Origin: Dictyostelium discoideum
Lineage: Eukaryota
Direction: 5' to 3'
NCBI GenBank assembly: GCA_000004695.1
Contig: CM000154.2
Coordinates: forward strand, 4,704,001-4,768,000
DNA length: 64,000 nucleotides
Shown here: positions 32,179 to 44,947 of the stretch, one piece after another
How the letters are laid out: the number at the start of each line of letters is the position of its first letter
How positions within the stretch are numbered: the stretch's first letter is position 1
Translations under genes and position numbers: made by a program
Notes under the pieces: model-generated
What the model was told of the DNA's origin: nothing
Database searches by the model: none
The model's input: only the letters and a program-made list of their open reading frames with translations

Positions 32179-32357
32179 TTTTTACTAAATTATTTTCTTT
32201 AAAAATTTAAATAAATTAATTTTTACTAAATTATTTTCTTTTTAAAAAATACAATAAATAAAAAATTTAATTTATTTGAACCCTACAATAACTTATTTTT
32301 TAATTAGACTATTTCAAAATTCCACTCAAATAAATATAATAGTAATATAATAATTAC

Positions 32358-32420
<63 letters not shown>

Positions 32421-32809
32421 CCAATCACTTTTTCCTAATAAATTATTATTTTTTTTTATTATTAAAACATTTATATTACTTGGATAATAAATCTAGGGAA
32501 ATTTCAAAAAAAAAAAAAAAAAAAAAAAAAAAATGAAAAGAATGTTTCTGTTGGGTGAACAAAACAAAATAAATAAAAATTAATTAATTATAAAATATCA
32601 AGATATAGTACATATTTTTATTTATTTATTTACTTATTTATTTATTTAATTTGTGATTAAATGATGGAGTGTTGGTGGTTCATTGTGGTTAAGTTTTTTT
32701 TTTTTTTTTTTTTTTTTTTTTCTTAACTCTTGATGATATGTTTAAACCATGGTTTAGGAAATTATTTTTGGTTTTATTCTATTTTTTTTATTATTTTTGA
32801 TCCAATTAA

Positions 32810-33074
32810 TTAAACAAATAAAATTCCTTTGCCCTTGAGTGTTGGTGAGACAGAGTCAAATCCTTTTTGCTTGTTTACACCCCCTGTAAATTTATTATCT
32901 CCAAATATAATTTGAGGAGAAGTTGAAGTTTTAACAGTGATAACTGATGAAGAGGATGACTTATTTTTAAAATTTAATTTGGTGATTGAATCTTTATTTT
33001 TTAAAAAAGAATTGTTAATAAAAAAAAAAAATTTTATTTTATTTGTAAATAAAATAATACTTACCTATAATCAT
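32810..33074 (-). CDS. Possible small (about 63 aa) Ser/Thr/Lys-rich protein. Two exons (33074..33065 and 32991..32810).
   Basis: ATGATTATAG followed by a perfect GTAAGT donor. Acceptor aaataaAG. Phase-consistent product MII D SITKLNFKNKSSSSSVITVKTSTSPQIIFGDNKFTGGVNKQKGFDSVSPTLKGKGILFV*. The region is GC-richer than its surroundings. Confidence 0.3.
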
Positions 33075-33239
33075 TTTATTTTTTTGTTTATTTATATTTT
33101 TTTTGTTTGAATGTATTTATTGTTTGATAAAAAAAAAAAAAAAAAAAAAAAAAACATTTTATACGTTTTTTTTTTTTTTATTTTATTTTATTATTTTATT
33201 ATTATAATTAAGATCAACAATCAAGATACAACTGAATTT

Positions 33240-33270
<31 letters not shown>

Positions 33271-33516
33271 CACAACACCAATCCCACCACGAAAAAACTA
33301 AAAATTACAAAAAAAAAAAAAAGACATCCTCACAATTTTTTATTTCTTTTTTTTTTTAAACCTTTTGCCACCATCTGATTTTTTTTTTTTTTTGCCACTT
33401 GAAAAAGGAAATGTTTTTGTTACATAAAATAATAATAATAATAATAATGATAATAATAAATAAAAATAAAAAAACTAAAAAGATATTCTAATTATTATTA
33501 TTATTATTATTATTAT

Positions 33517-33562
<46 letters not shown>

Positions 33563-33793
33563 ATTGTAATCCAAAATTGGTTTAAAATAAAAAATAAAAT
33601 AAAATAAAAAAAAAATAAAAATAATTTTTTTTTTTTTTTTTTATTTTTTATTTTTTTTTTTTTTTTTTTTTGGAAAAAACGAAACGAATAATTTTTTTTT
33701 TTTTTTTTTTTTCTTTTTAATTTTTTTTCAGAATAATTTATTTATAAATATTTTATAAATAATTAATAAAAATATAATATAATATAAAACAAT

Positions 33794-34131
33794 ATGTCAA
33801 ATTTAACAGTTAATGTTATTGAAGAAAAGAATTTAGGAGATAATAAACCATGTGTATTAAAATTTTCACAAGGTTTACCACCACTTTCATTCATTGAGAA
33901 AGAACCAGAATTCATTAGTATGAGTACAAAGAATAAAAGACATAGAGTTGTTTTAACCAATACAGATCAATTAGAATATGAATCAGAGGATAAAGATTCA
34001 AAATATGCAAAATACGCAATTGGTATCTTTGATAAAAATACAAAACAATTAAAAATTGTACCAACTAAAATACAAACTATGAATCAATCTGTTATTGGTT
34101 ATACCTTAACTTTAGATTCTTCTTCTGTATG

Positions 34132-34225
<94 letters not shown>

Positions 34226-35261
34226 CTATTTATTTATATTTTTATATATACTAACAATATATTATTATTATAAATAGGTAATATCAAGAGAAGAACGTTA
34301 TGATAAAATTAAGAAATTGGCAGACAGTTTTGGTTCTAAGATTACAAAGAAGAAGATGCAAAAAATGGAGATGGAAAATGTAGAAAACTTAGATTACGAA
34401 AAAACAACTAAATCAATTGATGCTGTTAAAAATGAATTGGCTGATATTGAATCAAATGAGAGTAAGAATAATAATAATAATCACTCATCATCATAATACA
34501 ATTTGTTTATTAACTATTTTTTTATAATATTATAATTGAATTTAAATAGAACCATTTGATTTACCAGATTTTGATGCAGAAACAAATGATGTTAGAAAGA
34601 TATATAATATTGAAGCAATTTTGCCACCAAGAATATTCTTTGGTTTAAATCATCAACCATTTTTAGATATTATTAGCAAAACATCAGAAGCACCATCATA
34701 TTTACCAGAATACTTTAAAGATCAACTCAAAAGATTTGAAGATATTAAAGATGAAGAAAAAGTTGTTTATAATTGTAAACTTTTAACCTTTATGTGGTAT
34801 TCAATGATGTAAAGTATTAAAAATAATTATTATTTTTGAATATAGTGATGGTGATAGTGGTGGTAGTGGTGGTAGTATAAATTATTAATTTTTTTAATTT
34901 TTATTTTAGTTTAATGAAATCTAAAGGTGGTCATGAACCATTAATTAAAGAAGGTTGTACAAGTGAAGTTATTAATTTCTTAGTTTCAATATTTGGTAGT
35001 AAAATCAATCATAAGAAATATAATATTTCTCAAGATGATAAATTAAAGATTTACAATTATCTTGCAATCTTTGCATTAAAACTTGAAGATTTCCAAATCA
35101 CTGATATTAAATCATTGGCACAATCATTATCACTCACTTCAAGTTCTTTTGAAAAACATTTCACTCGTGTTGGTTGTAAAGTTGTTAGAATTGGTTCTGA
35201 AAAGAGATCTGTTAGACTTGAAGCACCTTTAAAATTACCAAAAGCAAGATTTAGCAATTAA
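33794..35261 (+). CDS. RNA polymerase I-associated factor RPA49/PAF53 (POLR1E) homologue. Four exons (33794..34126, 34278..34461, 34550..34808, about 34909..35261).
   Basis: The N-terminus is PAF53-like (PCVLKFSQG.. [37 protein letters not shown]). Intron 1 is an (ATT)n tract with GTATGT..AG. All junctions are phase-consistent (..DSSS | VISREERYD..; ..SNE|K PFDLPDFD..; ..WYSM|[20 protein letters not shown]). Confidence 0.8.
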
Positions 35262-35344
35262 AAAAAAATAAAAAAAATTTTAAAAAATAAATAAAAAAAA
35301 TAAATAAAAAAAAAAAAAGATAAATAAAAAAAATAATGGTAGTA

Positions 35345-35415
<71 letters not shown>

Positions 35416-36703
35416 TAATAATAATAAACACCCTAAGATTTTATTTTATTTTATTTTAAGAAATACAGTTTATTTTTTTTTTTTTTTTTGAAAAAAAAAA
35501 AACATTCACAATCAGGGCGATGGGTGATCTGTGTGTGTTGTATTTTAAAATAATATATATTATGGCTTTATTCTTTATTTTTTTATTTATTTTTTTTTTT
35601 TGCTTTTATTTGGCTATGTACAAATTATAATTATAAAAATATATCATAATGTCGGAGTATTTGTTTTTTTTTTTTTTTTTTTTTCCATTTGTTTTTTGAT
35701 AGTTCTTTTTTTGCTTTTTTTAGTTAGTTCTTTTTTTTTTTATTTCCATTTGTTTTTTTTTTATTTCAATTTAATTTCACAATTAATAAAACCTAAAAAG
35801 CTTAATATTCTTGATGTTGCCATTTTACCTATTGTAAGTCCAACCACTAAATAAATTAAAAAATTATATATATATATTAATATATTTCTTTAAAATATAT
35901 AAAATATAGTTTTTTAGTTTGATAATTACAAAATAAAAGTTTTTTAATTTGCTTATACTCTTCAATTTGTTGTTGTGGTTGACTTTGGTGCATTTTAAAT
36001 GTTTAAGGATAAAATCATAAAAAAAATTAAAAATAAAAAAATGAAATTAAAAAAAAAAAAAACAAAACGAAAAATTTGAAAAAAATTTGAAAAAAATAAA
36101 AAAAAAGAGAAAATCATTCTTTTTTTTTTTTTTTTTTTTTTTTTTTCTTATAATTATTATTCATAAAAACATAGTTTTTTTTTTTTTTTTTTTTTTGTTT
36201 TTTTTTTTTTTTTTTAATATATATATATAAGTATATTGATAAAATAAATAAATAAATAAATTAATAAAAAAAAAAGAAAGAAAGAGTGTGATGGTTTTTC
36301 TTTAAAAAATTTTAAAAATAAAATCAAATCAAAAATTTTTTTTTTTTTTTTTACTTTTTTTTTTTTTTTTTCTAATATCAAAATGTATAACAAATGAAAT
36401 TAAGTAAAAAAAAAATCATTTTCCCACTTTTTTTTTTTTTTATTTTTTTTTATTTTTTTTGTTTTTTTTAATAAAAAAATATAAATTTAAATTTTTTCAA
36501 AATTTTTTTTTCCTTTTTTTTTTTATGAATTACATTCAAAAGGGGGAATATTTTCGAAAATATTATATCTCATAATAATTACAATAATCTCAACTTAAAA
36601 AAAAAAATAGTAAAATTACCTTTTTATAATTTAGTCAAAAAAAATAAAAAAAATAAAAAAAAAATAAAAAAAAAATAAAAATAAAGAAATAAAGAAATTA
36701 AAA

Positions 36704-37678
36704 TGTCAACAGAAAGAGGTTTAAAAGATAGTATAGCCGGCACAGTTGCTGGTGCAGCTTGTTTATTTACAGGGTATATTAAAAAAACATTTATATAAAA
36801 TTATAAATTAAAACTACACATCATATTTACTAATTTTTTTTATTTTTATTTTTTTTTTATTATTTTTTTTTTTTTTTTTTTTTTCTAATAGTCATCCATT
36901 TGATACAATTAGAGTTAGATTACAAACATCAAATACACCAATTGGTATTATGGAATGTTTTAGAAATACAATAAAATATGAAGGATTTAGCGGATTATAT
37001 AAAGGTGTGACATCACCATTGTTTGGTATGATGTTTGAAACTGCAGTATTGTTTGCAGGATATGGTCAAATGAAAGTATTATTACAAAAGGATGAAAATA
37101 CACCACTAACAGTGGGACAATGTGCAATAGCAGGTGGGTTTGCAGGTGTTGGAGCATCAGTGGTGTTAACACCTGTAGAATTGGTTAAATGTAGATTACA
37201 AGTCCAAACAACCGGTCCACAAAAATATAAAGGATCGTTAGATTGTTTAGTACAAATTTTAAAAGAGGGTGGTATCAGAGGTGCCTATCGTGGTTTCACT
37301 CCAACCATTGCAAGAGAGTTTGTAGGAAATATGGCATTCTTTAGTACTTATGAAACTTGTAAACGTTATTTCAAAAATAAAGAAAACAAACCAAATGACG
37401 ATGACGAATTGAATTTACCAGCATTAATCATATCTGGTGGTTTGGGTGGTATGGCATATTGGACCGTTTTATATCCTGTTGATGTGGCAAAATCGAAAAT
37501 TCAAATTAGTGAAGGTGCTGGTCCTTCACCTTCAATCGTAAAAGTACTAAAAGAAATTTACTCAAAAGAAGGTGTAAAAGGTTTATTCAGAGGTTATACT
37601 CCAACTATCATTAGATCTTTCCCTGCAAATGCTGCTATGTTTAGTGTTTATGAACTTGTAATAAAATTATTAGGTTAA
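36704..37678 (+). CDS. Mitochondrial carrier family (SLC25) protein of the carnitine/acylcarnitine or basic-amino-acid carrier type. Two exons (36704..36774 and 36892..37678).
   Basis: MSTERGLKDSIAGTVAGAACLFTG | G HPFDTIRVRLQT.. Three carrier repeats carry the P-x-D/E-x-x-K/R signature (PFDTIRVRLQ, PVELVKCRLQ, PVDVAKSKIQ). Donor GTATAT, acceptor ctaatAG. Confidence 0.85.
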
Positions 37679-37684
37679 TAATTA

Positions 37685-37820
<136 letters not shown>

Positions 37821-38301
37821 TTTAATTGATTATTTATTTATTTATTTTTTATAATTTTTCTATTCAATTTCAAATTTTTTTTATTTTAATTTAATTTCTT
37901 CCAAAACCAAATAATGATTTTCAGAAATGAAATGGGTGGGAATAATATCTGGTTTGATTTTTTTTTTTTTTTTTTTTTTTTTTNNACTTAATTTTTCAGT
38001 TTTTTTTGTTTTAGCCGAAAAACACACACTTTTGGGATTGATTATTACCCTCATATTTTCAGAAAAAAATAAAAAAATTTAAAAAAAAATAAAAAACCAA
38101 AAAAAAAAAAAAAAGATTTTTTTTTTAACACCAACACAAAAAAAAGTTACTTCGAAATCTACTTTTTTTTTGATTTTTTTTTTTTTATTATAAACACATC
38201 ATCTTTTTTTTTTTTTATAATCTCTTTAATTTTTTTTTTTTTTATAGTCTCTTAAATTAATTAAACTGCTATGTGTAATATAATAAATAAATAAAAATAA
38301 A

Positions 38302-39054
38302 ATGTATAATGAATTAATTAGCAGTAGTAATAATACAATTAATAATAGCAGTTTAAGTGATAGTAGTAGTGATGGTGGTGGTGACGAAAAAAGAACACCA
38401 ATATTTATAGGAATTTCAATTATTTCATTAGTAATTTATGCAGTATTATCTTCCATTTGTATTTATTCATTTTTTAAATCAATTTATAAAAAAGAGTCTG
38501 CTACTCTTTCAAAGGTAAAAATTATTATTACTATTATTAAAATTTTATATATTTATTAGAAAATAAATAATACTAAATTTATTTATTTAATTAATTAATT
38601 TTTTTATTAATTAATTTAATTTTTTTTAATTTTTTTTTTATTATTTTATTAAGATTTTCCATGTATTTTGTTTTTTATATACAACAACTAGAATAATTTG
38701 GTATTTAAAAAGAGTTGTAGATGGTGAAAGTGCTATAACATTTTTTTTTAATAATATATCATTCCCATTTTATATGTCTGCTTTATTAGTAGTTTTCTTT
38801 TTCTGGTGGGAAAGATATCATAGCACCTATGTCAGTAGTTCAGAATTTTTACCAAAATATAAAATGTATTTTATTTTATTTAATATTATGATTTATATAA
38901 TTCAATATCTTTTAATTTTATTTTTTTATACAATTGCAAATCAAAAGAGAGAAGGTGGTGTAACATATTTATTTAATACATTGTTTCAATGTAAGTTTTA
39001 AATTTATTTTATATTTTTTTTTTTTAAAAAAAAAAAAAAAATTAATTTATTAAC

Positions 39055-39090
<36 letters not shown>

Positions 39091-39720
39091 AAATATATAG
39101 CATGCTTATCATTGTTAGTTGGATTATCATTTTTATTTATAGTTTTAAGAATTTATTTTAAATTTACATCAATTGATAAAGATGTTTGTAGGAATCAAAT
39201 TAATCAAGTTAGAAAGATTTGTTTTTTAACAGTTGGAATATCATGTTGTTTTATAGTTAGATCAATAATTTTCTTTTATAATCCAATAACTCATGAATAT
39301 ATGAACTATGAAGTTTTTATTACATTTGGTTACTTTTTACCAGACATAATTCCAATCATTTTAAATTATATAATCATTTATAATAATATGAAAACTGAAC
39401 AAGAGGATAGTTCATTCATTAATATGTTATATGAAAATGAAATTGAAGATGATGAAACTAATGAAGGTATAATTAAAAATAATAATAATAATAATAGTAA
39501 TTATGTGAATAGTGTTCATGGTAATGATGATTTATTAACGAGTTATTCTAGTACGATTTCAAATACTACAAATACTGTTGTTGGATATTATAATTCTACA
39601 ACTCATACATTTGGTGGTGATGGTGCTATATTATCAACTTCAACTTCAATACTTCAACAACCTCAACAACAGCAACAACAAAGAAATCAACCAGACGAAG
39701 CATCATATTTATTAAAATAA
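38302..39720 (+). CDS. Multi-pass (about 7 TM) membrane protein, possibly THH1/TOM1/TOM3 (DUF1084)-like. Three exons (38302..38514, 38654..38990, 39101..39720).
   Basis: Several hydrophobic helices (IFIGISIISLVIYAVLSSICIYSFF; MSALLVVFFFWW; YFILFNIMIYIIQYLLILFFY; LVGLSFLFIVLRIYF; CFLTVGISCCFIVRSIIFFY; FITFGYFLPDIIPIILNYIIIY). Donors GTAAAA and GTAAGT and AG acceptors keep phase. The family assignment is tentative. Confidence 0.65.
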
Positions 39721-40296
39721 TAAATAATTTTTTAATATTAAAAAAAGAGAAAAAAAAAAAAAAAAGTAATAATTATTTTTATAAAAATATATTTTTTATT
39801 TATCAATTTCTTAAAGAGTTTAAAACCTGATTTCTATGGCAGTAGTGAACTAGTTTGTAAAAATTTTGATATTTTTTGTGTCTTTTATGGTGAGTTGAAT
39901 ACGCACTGGATAAGGTTTCTCTAAATAAAAGTTTGGAACTTTATGTTGAATGCAAATACTAGGATAGTTTTAAAAGTATTTGCTTTTTTATATAAAACAT
40001 ATGGTTGGGAAGTAGCAGATGTTTACCATTCTCACCAATTACAGAGGTTGTAGTAATTGGAATGGCATTATCCAATGAATTTGGTGGATGTGGTGTTTGA
40101 GTCTCCATTGTGATAAAAGTTTTTTTGTTTATTATTTTTTTTTTTTATATCAAGAAAAAGGTTTGCAAAGGTGCATCCATTTCACCATTACCAATTCAAG
40201 TAACACCAAGTATTAATCCTTTTGAATTGATAATGGTAATCTCATTGATTGTGAACTGGTTGGCGATGGTGGTGGCGATTTACTACTATACATTCG

Positions 40297-40394
40297 TTTC
40301 AACCACCACCGATGTTGAGGAGAATGATCGTTAAAGAGTTATCAAATTTAATAAAGAGAATTTATTATCATCACATCATCGGTGGTGGTTGAAA
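40297..40394. repeat. Perfect 18-bp inverted repeat (tttcaaccaccaccgatg at 40297-40314 and catcggtggtggttgaaa at 40377-40394) separated by a 62-nt loop
   Basis: Exact reverse-complement arms. Arm 1 lies at the 3' end of ORF 40110..40334. Arm 2 abuts the ATG of a downstream short ORF (40394..40516). Confidence 0.6.
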
Positions 40395-41026
40395 TGAATT
40401 CAGAGTTGAAATCATATAAAGAGGGGTACCATTGTAAAGATATTACTATGGTATTTGAAATTCATGAAGCCGCTGGTTTAATAGGAAAAGAATTTTGTTT
40501 GACTGGCTGGACTTGAAAATATGAAATAAAAATGCTAAAAATGTATCATTGGAAAGAGATATTAAAAATGTATTTGAAATTCATGAAAGCGCTGGTATGA
40601 TTGGTAAAGAATGTTGTTCCACTTGCAACAATGAACCAGAGTACCAGCAAACACATCGGCATTGATTGATATCATAGAGTTAATTAAAAAAAACTATAAA
40701 ATAAAATTTTAAAAGTAATCCAAAATAATTATAATGATATTTAAAAAAAAAAAAAAAATAGATAATGTATCTACTACTAAAAAATTTATCCATACTTTTT
40801 TCTTCTTTATCTATTATCTACTCTTTTTTAAAATCATTTGGAAATCTAAAGATTTAAACTGATTTCTTCTATTTTTTCAAATTTTTAATATTGATGTTGA
40901 TAAGAATAAAATAAAAAAGTGAAGTTACAATTTTAGAAAGAAAAAAAAAAAAGAAAATAATTTTTAATATTAATTCTTTTTTAATTTTTTTTCTATTTTT
41001 TATTATTATTATTATTATTTTAAATT

Positions 41027-44000
41027 TTATTCATCAGAACTATCATCATCATCATCATTTTCGTCATCAAATTCTTCTTGGATTGTTGCTTTATTATTAT
41101 TTTTATTATTATTATTATTATTATTATTTTGTAATTGCGGACGACCAGATCTTTTTTCCATAGTTTTTTTAAGTATTTCATTCCATTGTTTTTGAGACAT
41201 AAACCAAGGACCTGTGAAAACACAAAGAACGGTTGTTTCAGGTGAATAATGTAGATTATGAAGTAATTTTGGAGTGATTAAAAAGTATTGAGGAGAACCT
41301 TCACTACTAACGGATTTAACGATTTGTTCGAAAATCATTCTTTCATTCTTTGGATCCATACCTTGATTGATTTCATCTACCACTCTAAAAGGACAAGTTG
41401 TTAAATCCTGTAGAGAGATTAGATACAACATGGTACTAACTGATCTTTCACCACCAGATTGTAATTGAGCATTCAAAGTTTTCAAAGAATCTTCATTACG
41501 GAATTTAACACGAATATCCACAAAATATTTTGAATAATCATCGGGATGTTGTTCATCGAAACCTAGATGAACTTCACCCAAACAATTGATCGCCTTGAAA
41601 TATTGTGAGAAACTTGTATTGACTTGAGAGATAAACTCTTTTACAGGTACCAACCAATCCTCTCTTAATCTGCCCATTCGTTTATCGTTATCTTGTAACT
41701 CTCTTTGACGAAAGGATATTCTGTCCTCAATCACTTGAATTTCTCTCTTTCTCCCTTCATATTCTTCCAAAACTTTTGGATTATTTGAAATGATGAAATT
41801 TGCTTTAGTTTCAGTGGCTGAGATTTCTCTATCGATCTCCTCGAGAGAATGGAAACTGATTGATTTAAACTCCTCTTGAACCTCGAGTGTTAAAGGGCCA
41901 ACGATTTTCTCTGCTTCGCTTTTCAATCTTTTAGCCTCTTTAACACAGTCATCGAAATATTTGACCAATTCCGCTAGTCTCGTTTTATCAGCTTCAAGCT
42001 TTGCACTCTCACGTGCCAAGCTGTCCTCCTCAGAACGTAATTTAGCTTCGAGTCTACTGAGGGTGATTAAAGTATGATCACGGGAACCCATATGTTTGAA
42101 ATAATCTCTTAATTTATCAGTGATCTCTGATAGAGTATCAGCTCTCTTTGCATAGACCTCCCTTAGTTTTTGCCTGATTTTCTTTTCTTCCTCTTCAATG
42201 TTCTCCTCGGTATTTAATTCCTCTAATTTTCTAGCTAAAAATTGAATTCTACTATAACATTTACGACGATCATCAATGGTTGCATTACATTTATTCCTCT
42301 CCTCTGTGATGTTACGTTGAGTTGCAGTGATTTGATTTTGTTTTTGTCTAATTTCCTCAGCTGATAGCCTCTCTTGATCAAGACGTACCTTTGCTTGTCG
42401 AAATTTCTCTTGAAGTTCATCTTTCTTACCAGTGTTTATACCAGACAACCATTTTGCAACCTTGAAATTGGATACACGTGTGGTTGGTTTTCTATCACCA
42501 TATCTTGAATAAGTGGTATAGTAGGAACCATTTGGAGTGAAGAAAGAATTGATATGTTTGGTAATAGTATCTTCATTATTCAATGCACGTCTATCGAATA
42601 CAATACTCTTGAAAATTGGAATACTATCCATGATTGCATTTTTTACAACTTGATCAGCTTCAAATGTTTCATCTAAATAATGCGTGGCACCAATGGATCT
42701 GAAATCTTCAATATTATTAACACGCTCCATTTTGAAGCCTCCCCTACTGACCAAAGTGTTTACTCTTAACTTTTTACCATTATCAATGATATTGCTGTGA
42801 AAAGTTTCACGATCCTCCATAGATTGGAAAACAAATGTCATCATTAGATTAAAACTTAATGTCATCTCTAAGAATGCGGCATGTTCAGGATTCTGTACAT
42901 TAATCTCCATACAAATCGGACCAAACACTTTCTGTTTGAATAGATTTTGATTTTGTCTTAACCATTCGTATGCTGAATAAACGTCTCTTTGATCATTACG
43001 TAGGAATTCTAACTTTTGAGCTTGAATATTGTTTAATTGTGACATCTCCCTTTGAATTGAGGTACACTCTTGATTGATCATATTGAACTGTCTATTCTTT
43101 GCCTCCTTTTCAATCTCCAATTCACCCAATTGTTGATTACAATCTTTCAATTCCCTATTCAACTTTTCCACATTTCTCTTGGTATCTTCATCATTTGGTA
43201 ATCTTTGCATCTTTGTAGTCTCATCTTGAATATCTTTGGTCACTCTTGCAATTTGAACTTTTCTCTCTTTATCACGTTGTTGTATTCCATCTATTTCCGC
43301 TAAAAAATTCTCAACTACAATTACCAACTTACCATCTGTTAATGATAATCTTGATACTTCACTTTCAGTTTGTTGTACTTTTGTTGAATTATCATGAACT
43401 TCTTTTCTACTTTTTTCAATTGATTTAGTTTGTTCACTTTTTTTTTTCACAATAAATAATAAATAATAAATTAATAATAAAAATAATTAAAAATAATTAA
43501 AAAAAATAAAAAATAATTTTAAAAAAAAAACATACCTAATAATTGATTTAAAAGGTTTTAATTGTGATTCACCATGTTGAACAGTTTTTTCTGCTAGTTC
43601 TTTATCATCTCTTGCTTTTATGAATGCAACCCTTGCATTTTCAAAGATTGCCCATGTTCTTTTTCTTTTTAATTTGTCAACAAATTCTAATAACTTTTGT
43701 CTTTCTCTAAATTTATCTACATCTTTTTCTAATGATTGATTCTTTTTAACCAAATCATCTAAATTCTTTTTTAATTCTTCAAATGTCTATTTTTTTAATA
43801 ATAAAATATAAAATATATTAGTATAGAGAGTGGTGGGTGGGTGGGTGTGTGTGTGTATATAAAATTCATACAGTTGATTCTTTTTGATGATTTGATTGTA
43901 ATCTAATTAATTCTTGATGATTTTCATACATATTATTAATATTGATTGCTTTTTCAGTTTCAATTAATAATTCAGTTGGTGACATTGAAGCGAAACTAAC

Positions 44001-44606
44001 AACTTTATCTTGTGGAAGGAATTGACAAAGATTATCAACTTGTACATTGAGTTTCTTGATGGTTGTTATAAGGTCATTCTTTGAGATTGACTTTCCATTG
44101 ATATGAAATTCACTACCGTTACCCTCCTTCTTTAGGTCTCTTCTAATGATATAATTATCACCACTCTCATTGTGTAACTCGATTTCAATGTAACCTTGAC
44201 TACATCGATTCTTTATGAAATCGCCCAACTGTTTTTGTCTACCCAATAGGTTAGGTCCGCCACCTAGTCCAAGTGCAATCGCACAAACTATCGAACTCTT
44301 ACCTGACCCATTCGGACCAATGATTACGTTTAGTCTAGGTCCTGGCCTAAATTCAACGTCTGAATATGTTACAAAATTATTTAATTTAATTCTTACTATA
44401 CTTCCATTCACAAATTCCATTCTCCTATTACCACCATTACCATTACCATTACTATTACTACTACTATTTTTATTATTTGGTGTAGGTGTTGGTGCCGTTA
44501 TATTTTGTGTTGGTTGATTTTCTCTTCTCCTTTTAAATTGTCTTTGTTCTTCATCTTCACTATCACTTTCTTCAACAACTACTCTTTTAGGTATTCTATT
44601 ATTCAT
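41027..44606 (-). CDS. smc5: Structural maintenance of chromosomes protein 5 (SMC5). Three exons (44606..about 43885, about 43771..43515, about 43424..41027).
   Basis: N-terminal Walker A FVNGSIVRIKLNNFVTYSDVEFRPGPRLNVIIGPNGSGKSSIVCAIALGLGG. Long coiled-coils and a hinge. C-terminal signature and Walker B QSGGERSVSTMLYLISLQDLTTCPFRVVDEINQGMD. Introns: GTATGA..aatAG and GTATGT..aaaAG, with phases consistent. Confidence 0.9.
43831..43856. promoter_or_regulatory. G-rich (GGT GGGT GGGT GGGT)(GT)n tract inside smc5 intron 1. It is a potential G-quadruplex or G-box-like element on the plus strand.
   Basis: tggtgggtgggtgggtgtgtgtgtgt has four G-runs of at least 2-3 nt with 1-nt loops. It is extremely atypical for this AT-rich genome. 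Confidence 0.3.
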
Positions 44607-44635
44607 TTTATTTATTTATTTTATTTATCTATTTA

Positions 44636-44642
44636 TTTATTT

Positions 44643-44691
<49 letters not shown>

Positions 44692-44700
44692 TTACCTATA
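44636..44700. repeat. (ATTT)n tetranucleotide repeat just upstream of smc5
   Basis: About 14 tandem attt units. Confidence 0.85.
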
Positions 44701-44756
44701 TTATTTATATTATTATTTAATTTTATTATTATTTTGTTTTATTTTTTTTTACTTTC

Positions 44757-44789
<33 letters not shown>

Positions 44790-44947
44790 GTATTGTTTTT
44801 ATTTCCTATTTCAATTTATATAAATAGGTTACTACAATTATTTATGTACTTTATACATTATTTATTGTAATGAAAATTAAAATAATAAATAAATAAATTG
44901 AAAAATTTTGAAAAAAATAAAAATAAAATTAAAAAAAACGTGTAAAA

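Noticed and set aside
44215-44720. Plus-strand ORFs 44215..44517 and 44505..44720 and similar antisense ORFs inside smc5, the RasGEF (28486..28929), the TRAF gene (6813..7004, 7377..7598) and others
   Set aside because: They are antisense to well-supported genes with recognisable domains, low-complexity, and without independent support.
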